Source: Zygnema circumcarinatum SAG 698-1b
Taxonomy: Eukaryota > Plantae > Zygnematophyceae
Length of the DNA: 64,000 bases
Assembly: GCA_037447605.1 (NCBI GenBank)
Contig: CM074809.1
Span: 4,189,975-4,253,974, forward strand
Direction: 5' to 3'
The notes beneath the pieces were generated by a model. It was not told the DNA's origin, searched no databases, and saw nothing but the letters and a program-made list of their open reading frames with translations. Below are positions 1 through 12,800 of the stretch, piece after piece. Positions within the stretch are counted from its first letter, which is position 1; the number at the start of each line of letters is the position of its first letter. The translations under genes and the position numbers were made by a program.

Positions 1-161
1 GATGTGGCTTAATGAGATGCCTTTCAGACTTCAAGAATGTTTGAATCTGCTCTCTGGCTTAGATGTGGACATTCAAGGGCGTCCAGTAGGAATGGCAGCT
101 CTTTTCAGGGCCAAGAATTTCCCATCAGCTTGAGGTCCTCATCTCATTTGAGAGCCCTGAC

Positions 162-359
162 CTGCTGTCGACTCATTGCTACATCTTCTTTCAGCAGCCT
201 CTCATATTTTAGACCATACTTTGCGAGGGCCGCGAAGGGAGATGATGGCTGCTGTGCGATTTTTGCAACGGAGAAAAAGTGAACGTGAACAACCCGGCCA
301 GAAGCAATAAAGTCGCTGCCCGAGCTGTCGAGCAGTGAGTTCTTTCCCGTCGTTTTCAT
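162..359 (-). CDS. Probable first coding exon of an unidentified gene running off the left edge
   Basis: ATG at 359 opens 66 codons (MKTTGKNS...VHVHFFSVAKIAQQPSSPFAALAKYGLKYERLLKEDVAMSRQQ) ending at a CAG|GTCAGG donor; protein-like composition, family not recognised. Confidence 0.35.
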
Positions 360-1795
360 TCTTTGCTCTCCACAATACCTTTTGCTCTCCACAATACCGA
401 ATTTGAAGTGCCCGTCTTCAATCCCTCTCTCTCTAACCCTCTCTAACCCTCTCCAACCTCTCTCCTCCCGCTTTCTTGTCTCCTCTTCCAATCAAATTCA
501 TTTCACTTCCCCACTGTTGTTCTGCCTCATCCTGGTTCGCTTTCGTAGTCTGCCTCCTCCTCTCCCCTCTTCGGTTCTCCCACAGCACATTGTCAGACGA
601 AGCTCCAAAACAGCCGCCAAACCAGGGCTGCCAGTGGCGCTGTTGCTATATTGAACGGTCACAGATTAAGCTAGTGAAGTTTTATTGCTAGCTTTTGCTG
701 TGACCACTGCTTATTTTTTTACTCAACAGTTGCAGGTGGGCGTCATGCTATGTGAGAGCTGCCGTGTATTCAAGTGCCTCACATTTGCGGATGCCATCGA
801 GGATGTCCAATGATGTACCTGTTCTTGTAAGGGGCAATGTTCCCAACAAAGCAGCAGCATAGGTAGGACTCACCGGGTCCCTCGCCGATATTCAACATAG
901 AAAATATCAGGAATGCTTCCTTGCCTTCTCTTCATACCAATTGGAGACGTCCTAGTTTGAACTGTTGTGAATTAAGGCCCGGTCCATCTCACTCACTTCA
1001 CTCACTGCCATATTTGCAATCTGAATCAAAGGAAAGCTCTCAAGTGCACACACTGAAAGATAACTGAATTCAAACGAGCAAGACACCGTAAGGAAAAGTA
1101 AGGAGAAAGCACCCCGGCCTCAAAACTCCTTAATAAAGAAAGGAAGTAACAAGCACAAGTTTCAGCCCTCAAGCTTCTACTTCAGCTCTGACTAACTCCC
1201 GACCTCCTGCTGCCCATACAGTCAGGCAACTACACTTAGCAACACGAGCTAAGTTGTAGCTGTATTAAGATGACTATCACCTAAGCCTAACTCTACTTAA
1301 GTACTAAGCGTTGCACTATTCCTCCACGTTCTAATGCGTGTCGTGTCTCGTCATTGCGCTGCACCGTACGCCGCCGCGTTCCACCGCGCACCTCCATGTC
1401 GCTGGCGACGCTCCACGTCTCCAAGCGCTCGCCTCTCTCCTCGCGGTAACTCCTCCTCAGGTCGCCATGGCCAGGAGGGGGAGTGTCCGTACAGACAGCT
1501 CCTCCTCCGACTTGCCTTCCTTCGAGATGCTTGTAGCACAAGATAAGTGGGGTTAAGGGGAGACTGCTGAGCTAGTTGCAGGTGCTGCACAGCCACCCGC
1601 GCGTCCGTGCTGAAACTGATGAGGGGTTGGGTTGGTGCTGTGGGTCTGCCTGCAGCATAGAGCCAGGATCCGGGGGATTCAGAGGTACGCGCAGCGGAAG
1701 ACGNNNNNNNNNNGGGGATAGTCATTACAATGAAAGGATCTTCTCACTGAAATCTTTGTCTAGCTGGGCTGAATGGGACGTCTAAATGCTATCAG

Positions 1796-2291
1796 CAAGA
1801 AGACTCTTTCTCTCTCTCTCTCTCTATCTATGGCATGGAACTCTCTCTCTCTCTCACAATTAGCATCTGTTGCTGGAACTGAAGAGGAAGAAGAGAAGAA
1901 CAAGACCACAAACCACACAGCAAATACAAGTACTAAGCCCAGCACTAAAAGACAAACAAGCATCACTGACATCCCATCTACTTAACACCGACAATAGATC
2001 TTGAGCCTTAGCAGTGACAGTCTGATTGGCCAACTGCCCACTGAGAGGCCTGACTGACTACGTGAGGCCTTTTGATAGGTCAACCGCTGACAATCGGCGG
2101 CGTTTTGCGGCGCTTTCGAGTGCGCCTAGCTGGATGGTGTGCTGTCCCGTGGGCCGCCAACACATGGCGCCGCCTTCTCGCATTTTTCGTCGGCAATTCC
2201 TGGATCAGGCCGGTCCGTGACACTGAATAGGAATATGGCAAGTACAACTGAACGGACGCGGATCCGTCGAGCGCAGCTCCGTTACGCTACA
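1796..2291 (-). repeat. 3' LTR of element A (portion alignable to 17725-18220)
   Basis: 496 bp matching 17725-18220 with only four transitions seen by eye; contains (CT)n tracts; ends ...GTTACGCTACA. Confidence 0.9.
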
Positions 2292-2619
2292 TCTGTAGCA
2301 CATGCCGGGGGGGGAAACAAGCGCACGCCCCTGCGGGCGCAATGAAGAAGAGACAAAGGGCAGGGGAGGAGCCAATGATGACGTGGACGGGAGGCGAGTC
2401 GGTGGCCGTGTGGAGAAGGTTCCTCGTACATTCGGCAATGGGGAGTATCGGCAGGACCGGAGGTGGAGGAGGGAGTAAGACAAATTCAAAATCGAAAGGT
2501 ACGGCCGACAGGCGCAATGTTGGCGAAGCGGCAAAAAGTGGCGGGAATTAGGAACGGACCAATGAGGAGTCGTCATGGCAGGGGGGGTACGAGGAGACCG
2601 CGCTGTCGGTCGCAAACGC

Positions 2620-3099
2620 TCAGCCATCGCGGGGGGGAGGAACCGCTGACGTGGCGGCACGAATGTCGATCCAGTGTGAACGCCAGCGCCGGGCGTTTCC
2701 ACTAGAGTCAGGGCCTTCCGAAAGGATGGCCCAACCTGGGATCTCCGACGGACCGACACAAATGAAGGGGCCCAACCACGGAAAAGCCCGTTGAGTCGGT
2801 TTGGCGAGATTCCTGAGCCAAATGAGCTGACGTGGCGCGACCTGATTGGGCGGGAGAGCAGCGCGTCGGCGCCTCCCAAAGTCAGTGAGTTGTCGTCTGT
2901 GCGCGCGTTTGAGGTGGTGAGAGGCCATGGAATCTAGGGTTTGGAAGCGTAGGGCCAGGAGCTGAAGCTGCGCTACCCGATCCGGGGGAGGCGCATCATC
3001 GTAGAAGAGGGGCTCAGCAGAGAGGAGGTCAAGGGGAATGCGGGGCTTACGGCCATAGAGGAGCTCGTAGGGAGAGAAGCCAGTGGAGGAGTGAACAGA
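2620..3099 (-). CDS. C-terminal part of element A integrase
   Basis: Reads SVHSSTGFSPYELLYGRKPRIPLDLL... then ORF 2620-2928 with WLGPF (GPY/F motif); continues the integrase broken at 16338. Confidence 0.8.
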   Translation of the reverse strand, partial: SVHSSTGFSPYELLYGRKPRIPLDLLSAEPLFYDDAPPPDRVAQLQLLALRFQTLDSMASHHLKRAHRRQLTDFGRRRRAALPPNQVAPRQLIWLRNLAKPTQRAFPWLGPFICVGPSEIPGWAILSEGPDSSGNARRWRSHWIDIRAATSAVPPPRDG

Positions 3100-3603
3100 T
3101 GTAATGGAAGTCCAGGAAACTGGTCTGGCGGGTCAGCGAGGAGTCGTGGGAGGTAGAGGGGAAGAGAGAGAGAGAAGCCGGTTTCCGGATTGAATGCCGT
3201 TGCATTCGCCCCCGCCCCTATACGCTTCCCCCGTCGAACCCTCTACCAGCATGAGGGACCGGAAGTAGGGCCTTACCATCGCGAAGTCGCTGGTTAGGAA
3301 GCCCGCGGGCGGTCGCCACGCGTCGGCCGCCGCCCGAGCCGCCGCGCGAGGTTCGGGCGGCTGCCAAGAGCAGTATTTACGCGCTGCGATACGACGCTGC
3401 TGTGAGGCGGCTACACGCGATCACACCACAAGTACAAGGGCGCCGCCGGAAAGGCGGCGCTAAAGGCCCTCAGACGCCGTCCTGGGGTGATAAGCCGAAA
3501 TCCTCGCAGTCCGATCTCCGACCGACTGACAAATGGTAATGACAAAACCGCAGGCGAGATTCTCGCGGGTGCGCCAGAAGCGCCTCGTGGCTGTAGCGCC
3601 ACA
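3100..3603 (-). repeat. 3' LTR of element C
   Basis: Aligns with 15856-16337 (TGTAATGGAAGTC, GAGGTAGAGGGAAGAGAGAG, GACAAAACCGC blocks), preceded on the minus strand by the purine tract TCTTTTGGGGGGGAGCAA. Confidence 0.8.
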
Positions 3604-3799
3604 TTGCTCCCCCCCAAAAGATTGTGACGCCCCTCGCCACGGGAGAAGACTAAAACTGGCAGCCCCGCCAGCTTCAACGGGTTTCCTACCGGGTCAAGGG
3701 GTGAGGTCCGAGGGCTCGGGCACAACCCCCGGCCAAGTCCTTTCCGAAGTTGCGCCGCTGACCGCGCTGGACGCCCCGCAGTCCGCGGCTCCGGCCACC

Positions 3800-5071
3800 A
3801 GCGCGCTTGCGCCTCCCCAATATAAGTTCACGCAGCTCTGGTACGGGTCAAATTGCCGCCTTTTCTCCCACGTCGCATATGTTCAACCTATAGCCCGTAC
3901 CACTTCATTTGGTGATATTCGCGGGCGGAGGTCTGACCCCTTTCACGTCCGGTGGGTTCGAATGGACTCCCACCGCATCGGTCAGCCTTCAATATCCACC
4001 GGGGTGGAAAAGCTGGATTCCCTCCCCGGCCACTCGCGGCAATGTTTTAGCGCACTACATGAAACACCGGATGTGGTCTTCATGTGAGCCGGTAAAGCCA
4101 GCTTGTAAGCGACTTCGCCAATGCGGCTCAAGACCTTGAATGGCCCGATGAACCGTGGCCATAACTTACGGGTTCCCCCCGTAAGCCTCGGGCTCAGTTC
4201 GCTGTATCTTCAAAGAGCACGCCCTCCCAGGCCGAACGGAGTCGAAGTCCGCTTATGATCAGCATAGGTCTTCTCGTCGGACCGCCGCGCCACTCGCCTT
4301 TAAAAATGCCGCACCGACATTGGCGAGTCGAACAAAGATCTAACGGGCGGGTGGGTGATCCCCCCCAGCTCCTCTCAAGCCCCAAGGGTCATCGTCCGGG
4401 TGGAGGCCTTCATTCCACGAGGACGGTGGCTGATCCCTTGGCTGCAGGGGATTTAGAGGATGCTGACCATAATTCAGAAAGAAGGGGGTCGTACCGATTG
4501 ATTCCTGATGAGCATTGTTGATGGCGTACTCCGCCAATGGGAGCAAGGTATCCCACTCATCCGGCGTGGGTCCCACGTAATGCCGCAAGAAATCTTCCAC
4601 AATGCGGTTGACCCTCTCCGTCTGGCCGTCAGTTTGCGGATGGAAAGCTGTGCTGAGCGCTTGCTTGGTGCCCACGATTTTCAGAATTTCAGTCCAAAAG
4701 TGACCGGTAAATCGGGGATCCCTGTCAGAAACAATGGTGGACTGAAAACCATGCAAGCTCCACACCTTGTCGACGTAGAGTCGCGCCACCTCTTCCGCCC
4801 CAGCGGACTTCCGAGTAGGTGCAAAGTGCACCATTTTGCTGAGACGGTCGACAAACACCATAATAGCATCGTGACCCCGTGGGGTTTCTGGTAAATCTGT
4901 GATTAGATCCATACCGATGCTCTCCCACTTACGGAAAGGGGGAGTGAGTGGTTGAAGCTGGCCAGGAATCCTGCCAGTGCGGGGCTTATTACGTTGACAG
5001 GTTGGACAGGCCAGCACATATGCCGACACATCCGGGGCCGTGAGTCCCAGCCGCCACCAAAAACTCATCAC
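3800..5071 (-). CDS. Element C integrase (rve) and frameshifted chromodomain
   Basis: CPTCQRNK, KWESIGMDLITDLP, IVSDRDPRFTGHFW, STAFHPQTDGQTERVN; downstream fragments WPRFIGPFKV and a chromodomain colinear with 12047-12400. Confidence 0.9.
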
Positions 5072-5721
5072 TATACCGAGGTTTTGGCAACACCCATGCG
5101 GCCCCTATAAGGGGAGGATCGTGCATCTACCTTGTGCAAAATGAGCTTCCTGCCGCCGTGACAGTGCCACACATCACTTGGGAATCCACTTTCAATTGCG
5201 GTCGCGTACCAAAACCCGCTCAGGCCAGCACTTTGTCCTTATAGGCCACTACCTCGGCCGCCCAAGAACATAGGATCATCAAAGATAACCCTCCCCAATC
5301 GCTCAAGATCGAGAGGGTAGGGGGTCGACCGTGGCCGGGTTGGGGTATCTATGGCTAAACACGTTGGGAAGGGAGAAGGTGAGTTGGCCGGCCCACCTTC
5401 TCGACCGCTTTGTTCCTCCAACACTCGCCTCGACGGTTTTCACCATCCAGCAAAGATGACCGACTGTTCGCTAACGGACGTGGCAACATTCAACCTTCCC
5501 CGCCGAGTATACCCATTTGCTCAAATCTCCGGAGGGGAACTCGACCAACCTGGCCTCGCCTAGATAGTGTCTCTGCTGGGAGGGGAGAGGAAGGTCAAGG
5601 GCCGGTGGTCTGTGACCAGCGTGACGGCTTCCGCCCCCTCCAAATAGCAACGCCATGTCCTCAAGGCGTGAACAACTGCGAGCAGTTCCTGCTCGGTTGC
5701 CGAGTAGTTTCGTTCAGCTGG

Positions 5722-6167
5722 TGTAACAAACCTGCCAACTGCAAGGTTTGAACACAAGACCTCCCGGTACCCACACCAGTGCTTTACCATTAAAAGGCAA
5801 CCGCGGATGTAAGTACTAGGCCATACAACACATGTATAGCGTTTCGCTACATTCCTCCCCACCTAAACCGGGCTCGTCCTCGAGCGCACTCAAGGGTTTT
5901 CACGAGCAGCATTCAAGCTCCTTCAACATACGGACTACAACCTTAGCCCCTCAGGCCACTAAGGGGGTTCCGTACCATGCTCAGAGATCACGGTGTTTTT
6001 AGGGTGGATTACAAATACCGGGCACTGGCTCTGATACCAATGTAACATACCTCCCAGCTGAAAGGTTAGCAGACACTCTTTCCCGGCACCCCACCAGTGC
6101 TTTACCATTAAAAGGCAACCGCGGATGTAAATACTAGGCCATACAACACATGTATAGCGCCGCCACA
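5722..6167 (-). mobile_element. Complete TRIM (terminal-repeat retrotransposon in miniature) with tRNA-like LTRs
   Basis: LTRs 5722-5851 and 6041-6167 (TGT...ACA); PBS 6025-6039; PPT 5852-5867; 189-bp non-coding interior; TSD GCTGG / GCT(C)GG; interrupts RNase H of C at MNP|AERNYS. Confidence 0.85.
6025..6039 (-). promoter_or_regulatory. Primer-binding site for initiator tRNA-Met
   Basis: TGGTATCAGAGCCAG immediately after the LTR end, complementary to the 3' end of plant tRNA-iMet (…CUGGCUCUGAUACCA). Confidence 0.9.
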
Positions 6168-6835
6168 GCTCGGTTCATCCTCCGCTTTCATAAGCCGTGG
6201 CTGGGCCCCTCCCCGTAAAACAGTACGCAGCCGGGGGCGCAACCCCCGGACAGTATCTAAAACCACCTCAAGGCGCTCGGTAGTCTCACAACACCAACGT
6301 GAAAAGTGCATGAGGGCGTGTTTGGTCCCCTCAAACGCCACCTGACATTCATCTGTCCAGGTGTAGCGAACTCCAGATTTTGTGAGATCTGTAAGTGGAG
6401 TAACTAGCTTGCTAAATCCTTGAATGAATTTACGGAAATAATTAGCAAAGCCCAAGAAGGAACGCAACTGATGCAGATCCTTAGGAACGGCCCAAGTGGC
6501 AACCGCCGCGCAATTTTGCCCGGGTCAGGCTTGAGGCCGTCCGCTCCAAGGATATGTCCAAGGTAGAGCAACTCGCGCTGCATGAATTGACATTTCTTGC
6601 GTTTCGCATAAAATGTGTGCCGGCGTAAGACCGACAACACATTGCGAACGTGGGTCAAGTGGTCCTGTTCGGATTTGCTGAAAACCAAAATGTCATCGAG
6701 GTAGACCAAGACGTAATCGTCCATGCTGGAGAACATCTCGTTCATCACAGACTGAAAGGTTGCCGGTGCATTTGTCAACCCAAAGGGCAGTACCTTGTAT
6801 TGGAAATGACCAATAGGCGTACGAAACGCAGTCTT
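6168..6835 (-). CDS. Element C reverse transcriptase / RNase H
   Basis: KTAFRT..GHFQYKVLPFGLTNAPATFQ, VYLDDILVFS, RSFLGFANYFRKFI; RNase H continues at 5560-5721 ([28 protein letters not shown]). Confidence 0.92.
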
Positions 6836-6845
6836 NNNNNNNNNN

Positions 6846-9800
6846 GGCCGGAGGGGACCCGGGGCCCTCGGGGCCGCCACCTCCACCACCTGTCCCCCGG
6901 GACGAGGTGATGGAGGAGAACTCGGGGACTGCGGCCGTCCCTATGGAGGGGCCCAGTCCCGAGCCCACGGATGACCAAGGTCATCCGGTGACTGCTGCCC
7001 ACCCTCCCGCGTCACCGGAGCCGCTGGCTCCGGCGGAATCCGCCGATCCCATGATCGGGGCCCACATCACGGTGGGCGCGTCCCTGAAGATGAAGAAGAG
7101 GATCGACGAACTGGGAGCGGATGTAAGGCAGCAGCGCGTCGCCACCATGGCCTGCATTTGCGTGTGGATCTACATGGAGCTCACGGGTCCTACCGGGTGG
7201 ACACGCTTTCTCCAATGAGTTCCCGCTTACGCCCGGAGGACGAGGAAGGCATGCCCAACCCTCAGCCGAGGCAAGGCATAAAGAGTCCCGGGAAGCGGGT
7301 TAGGCAAACCACTCCCAGCCGCTCCCGCCCCGGACGCCCCAACTGCCGCTTGGCAAAATGCGTAGTAAGTCCCATCCCCCGCTTTTCCACGGGAAGTCAC
7401 CGGGTGAAGTGTAACCACCCAGCTGGGGACTCCCCGTCGGGGCAAGGGCCGCCGGGGCGGAGGAGATCCTACCCCTGACTCTCCCCAAGAATCCTTACCG
7501 AGGACGCCTGCACTAATCGGCCAAGGTGGCCCCTTTCCTTTTTGGGGCTTAACATCCTACCACCTGACCGCCGGGATTGAGCAAAGGGTTGGTCAAACGG
7601 CGGCTACCTTCCGGCGAACACTAACCTGCCCCTATCAGCGGGTAAGCTACACCAAAGACTTCAGAGGAGCCGTGACACCGCGTGTATGAGGGCCTCGGAT
7701 GAGATTGGGATCTATCGGGATAAGTTCGTAGATGAACTATCAAACACTTTGGGCCTTTGGATCCCGCTTGAGGCCCGATAAATTTCGTAACATGGTCCAA
7801 AACCGCAGCAGCCGGGCAAGCCACAGACTCATGCATGTTGGTGCCTCGTGGACACTACCTGGCCAAGCCCGACAGCCGGTTTTTTCCCACTTCAGAATGG
7901 CTTCGCCACACCCAAGGAAGCGTAGCCACTAACTAACCTACGTGACTTTTGAAAACCGCGGGACTTCAGCCGACCTCGGAAATGCACTTTGATGCAAACA
8001 TTCATTGACACCGCAGCGAGCGTAGCCCTTCCCACCCCCGCAGAGGTCGCGACGTGACAGGTCGTGAAGGCGGACTCACCGCCAAAATGGCAAAGAAAGA
8101 ACAGCTGGCGCCGGAAGTGGTCAGTCACCACCCAATCGCATCGCGTCACAGGTTGACTCAGCAGGAATGGAGAAGATGCGCCGAGAACAGTACTAGCCGC
8201 CAAGAAGGAGGGGCAATAGGCCCGGATTGCCCTCTCAACACCAAGGACAGAAGGGCAGTGGGCCGAAAAGCCCCAACCCACCGCCAGCCCAGTGGGTCGC
8301 TAAGCCGTGGACATGCTAGAAGTTAGGGGAGGGATGGAGACCGGCCACGTGTCTAGGGACATTTGCTTTCTGTAACCTCGGACATTCTTAAATTGGTTGG
8401 CGTGCCTTTGGGAATGCACGACTTTCAGGTTTGACGCATTCCCCGCTTCCATTTCCTCCCCGCCAATCGTAGTGACTCCTCTCGGCTTATGGATGTAAAG
8501 GGGATTTAATGGTGATTGGCATGTCTTTATCCTCAATGCCATGGGCAATGATGTTCTCGCGGCAATGTGCCATGGATTTTTGCATGTCACGGGAAACACC
8601 TCCCATGTCTCTGGGCCGCATGTGCCGGGTCCTCAAGACACGGGTGTCACAGACCTTTCCCAACGCCACTTGGCGGTTGGTGAAACAGTTGAGGAAAGGG
8701 CACACGTTGGTGCAAGAGATGGAAGGATCCACCAGCTTGCTGGTTGGCTCACCCTACACATAGGTGAGGAGGACGACTCGTCCTCAACCTACGCATATAG
8801 TGCGATCTATGTTCCACCTTGCCCATCGTGCCATGACCTTCATCGGATCAGCCAATGGTCACCCAGCAGTTCTACTGCTAGATACTGGGGCAGATGCTAA
8901 CTTTGTTAGTTCTGCGTTCACCCAGAGGTTTAAGTTGACCACAGATCCCCATTCGGAAAGTGTTACTTTCGGGGATGGACGCAAGGGCCAGATCTCTGGT
9001 AGCGTCACACTCAAGATCAAGCTCCAAACCTACTCCGGGGCAGTCAAGTGTCTTCTAACACAACTGGCCCCTGGTACTGATGTTATTTTTGGGGAGTGCT
9101 TGGTTAACCATGGTCAAGGCACAAATGGACTTTTTCGGCCCCACATTGCATTCTCGCGACACCGTGGCGCGGCTTACCGCACTCCCCGGGCAGTATTACA
9201 CATCCTCTCGGGCCAAGGCCAAGCAGCCCGCTACTCCTTTATCTCGCGCTCAGCCTATGCAATTGGCCAGCAAAGTATGAGGATGCACCTGTTCATGTGC
9301 ATGTCATGACAACCACCGAGGATGTTCACGATCTAAGATCAGATCGGCAGATCACATCCACTGATGTGCTCTCGGCTGTTCTATCCCAGATCCAACCTCT
9401 GTTGGATGAATTCAGGGATGTCTTCCCTGATGACCTTCCAAGAGGGTTGCCCCCATCGAGAGGGGTGGGGCACACAATCCCTCTTGAGCCTGAGCAAAAG
9501 CCGCCTTGGTGGCCGATCTATCGGTTAAGCCTGAAAGAAACCGAGGAGATGCGCAAAGAATTGGCAATCCTTTACGCGACACAAGGGTCGATAGAACTCC
9601 AGCCTCGTGAGCCCCCTTTGGGGCCTATCTTGTTTGTTGGGAAAAAAATGGCTCGCTGTGCATCGACATCGCGGCACTCAACAAGATCACCGTAAAGAAC
9701 GATTTGCTTTACCACGACGATGATCTGTTGGATCGCCTTCTTCCAAAGTGTTCACATCACTCGATCTTGCTCGTGGGTATCATCGCATCCGCCACTTTTA

Positions 9801-12800
9801 AGCCGATGTGCCAAAATCGCCCGACGCCGATCGTCATTTCCAATATAAGGTGCTGCCCTCGATTGACTAATGCTCCGCAACTTTCCAGGTCAGCTATGAA
9901 CGGTGATGTTCATCGGTACGACGAGTTTGTTTTGCTTACCTCGATGATATCCTTCTTTGTCTCAAGAAGACTAGGAGGAACATCTTGAACACGCTCGAAG
10001 TGTTTGAGACCGAGGAAACACCGCTTTATGCCAAGAGTAGGGGCTGAAGTGTCACTTCATGCACATGAAGTCGCTTTTATTATCTTGGGTATATTCTCAA
10101 TGATCGTGGTCTTTTGATCTCTCATCCCGGCCAAAGTTTCCACGCAGAGAAACTTGGGCACCACCGACCCACTTGCACCGCTTGAGGCCTTTTCTCGGCT
10201 TTGCTAATTATTTTCAGAAGTTCATCCGGGCGGTTTAGTAAGTTGGTTACCTTGACTAATTTGGACACGCTCCGTGTCCTTTACATGGACCCTCAACGCC
10301 AGCGTGATGCACTGGCGGTGTGCGCTTATTTAATTTGTTAATGCGACTCCACTCTCCGCTAATGACCCGCCCAAACCTTATGAAGTGGTTTGTGATGCTG
10401 ATTCGCCTTGGGTGCCGCTTTGTTCAAGATGGTCAACCTCTGGCAGTATGAAAGTCGCGAAATGAATCCCGCCGAGTTAGAACTATTCTCGCAGAATCCA
10501 ACAGAACCGCCACAGAAGGGTCCACGCTCGGAGGACATGGCGGTATATTTAGGAGGGGGCTTAAAGCGGTCACGCTAGCCATCACCAATCGGCCACGACG
10601 CTTCTACCCAAATGTGCACTGCCTAGCAAGTTGTGCACGGCCGGTTCCGCTCCTCCAAAGGTTTGATCGCCAAGTAATACCGGCCCAAGGCCGAATGTAG
10701 CAGACCATCGGTAGGCAGCCTCGCATCTTGCCCGATGGTGCGCCGCTGACCTCGAAAGTGTTGGTGGAACGAGATGACAGAGGTGAGGGGCCGGCCAACC
10801 CCGAGTCTCCGTCTCCAGTATGCTTTGTCATAGATCCCTCCACCAGTGACGCAGTCGACCCTCCTGCTCTCTCTGATCTCAGACGGATGATTCAGGAGGG
10901 GTATACTGGTGATCCTTTGTTCTTGGATGGCTAAGGTAATGGCTATAAGGACAAAGTGGTGTCTAGACGGATTTTGCACCACGGCCAGCGCTGGTCGCCT
11001 ACCGGACCGCACGGGCAGCCATTCTCGGTGAGCTACATGATCCTCCGTATCGCAGGTCATACGGGAGTTGCCAAAACCCGTGAGGTAATCAAGCCCGGTG
11101 AGTTCCCCGCAGGCCCGGACTCGGTGACGCGGAAAGCCGCATGTACTGCCATTCAACTTGTCAATCTAAACAAACCTCAAGACCGGCAGTGATCCTCGGC
11201 CGGGTCGCGAACCCCCTCACACCTCTTCGAAATGGGACGTTGTGGGTATGGACTTGATCACAGATCTTCCTGTGACACCTCGAGGGCATGACTCCGTCCT
11301 CGTCTTTGTCGATCGGCTCAACAAGATGGTGCATTTTGCACCAACTACTAAGACAGCTGGGGCCGACGAGATTGCACGGTTGTATGTTGACAAGGTGTGG
11401 AGCCAGCATGGTCTGCAGTCAGAAATTGTGTCTGACCGCGATCCACGATTCACCGCCATTTTGACGGAAGTGCTCAAATCGTCGGGACCAAGGTGCGCTG
11501 AGCATGGCCTTTCCACCCGCGAAACCGGAGCGGCCGTACGAATCCGTGAACAGATCCTCGAGGATTACCTCCCAAGTATTATGTGGGACCCCTCGATGGG
11601 TGGGATCTAATCGCCCCAATGGCGTAGCACGCCATCAATAATGCTTTCCGTGAGTCCATCGTACTCACCCCTTTCTTCTGAACTTTGCCAAAGATCCTCT
11701 AAATCCCTTTTAACCAAGGGATCAGCCCTCTCATCCGCGGGAACATGGGCGCCCACGTAACCCCCGATCCTTGGAAGCCGAGAGGACCGGAGGGACTAAC
11801 CTCCCGCGAATAGATCTTTTGTCCCGCCACGTCCGAGGCGCCAGAGGGCACTAGACCAAGTACGCCCGGGCCGCCGACAAAGGCCTGAGGCCGATCGTCA
11901 TCAGACTCAACTCCACCTTCAACGGCTATGAGGTGCTGCTGGCACGCGAACTTGAGACTCAAAGCTTATGGCTTTAACACGAGCCGTGGCCCCGCTTCAT
12001 CGGACCTTTCAGGGTCGGGAAGCGAATCAATGATGTCGCTTACAGGTTGNATTTACCATCCCACATGAAGGTGCATCCGGTCTTTCATGTGGGTTTGCTA
12101 AAGGTCTACCGTAGCGATGGGAGGATCCAGCCACCTCCCCCACCAGTGGAGCTTGAGGGTGAACTTGAGTACGAAGTTGAAACCATTCAAGCCCACCGTC
12201 TTGTGAGAAAAGGTCGATCTTCCCGTCACGAATACCTCGTGAAATGGTTGGGCTATGGGGTTGAACATAGCACATGGGAAGCCGAGGGCAACTTAACCAA
12301 TTGCCAGGAGCTCATCAACTTGTACTGGGAGGCGCAGGCCGCAGGAGAGCGGGCGAGGGCGTGCTCGGGGGTTCTCGAGCCGCCCCTCAAGAATTCCTGA
12401 GAAAGTGGACTTGACCGATTATCAGCTGAGTTCTCCCTTTGCTATCACGAGTTCGGACATCGCGTCGTTGAAACTACGAAGCCGCCTTTTACTACTCCTA
12501 CACACGCGGAATCCAGGGCTGCTCACATTCTCAATAGGGGAGTAATGCAATGAACGCTACAAATACCCCAAGGGGCGTCACTTAGGGCCCGGCGTGGCTT
12601 TATGTTTCCATCCAATGCGGTACCTAACGGTTAGGGCATCGGATACCCTATAGGACCACGGAGGTCCTGGGTTCGAACCGTAAGAACTGGTTCACACGTG
12701 GGGGCACTACATAGTCACGGTGCGCCCCACACCAGCAGCCAAGGTCCCCTCCTCGACTTAAGGGAGGATTGGGGACTATCGGCACCACGACCAACTGTCC

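Noticed and set aside
1250-1540. Candidate left boundary and TSD of element A (TGTAGC at 1255 or 1532)
   Set aside because: Neither flank (TAAGT, ATGCT) matches the right flank AGCTT, and an N gap intervenes.
1760-1972. Hydrophobic ORF MSVMLVCLLVLGLVLVFAVWFVVLFF (also 17632-17901), suggestive of an env-like or membrane peptide
   Set aside because: It is the reverse reading of GA/CA-rich LTR sequence; no other support.
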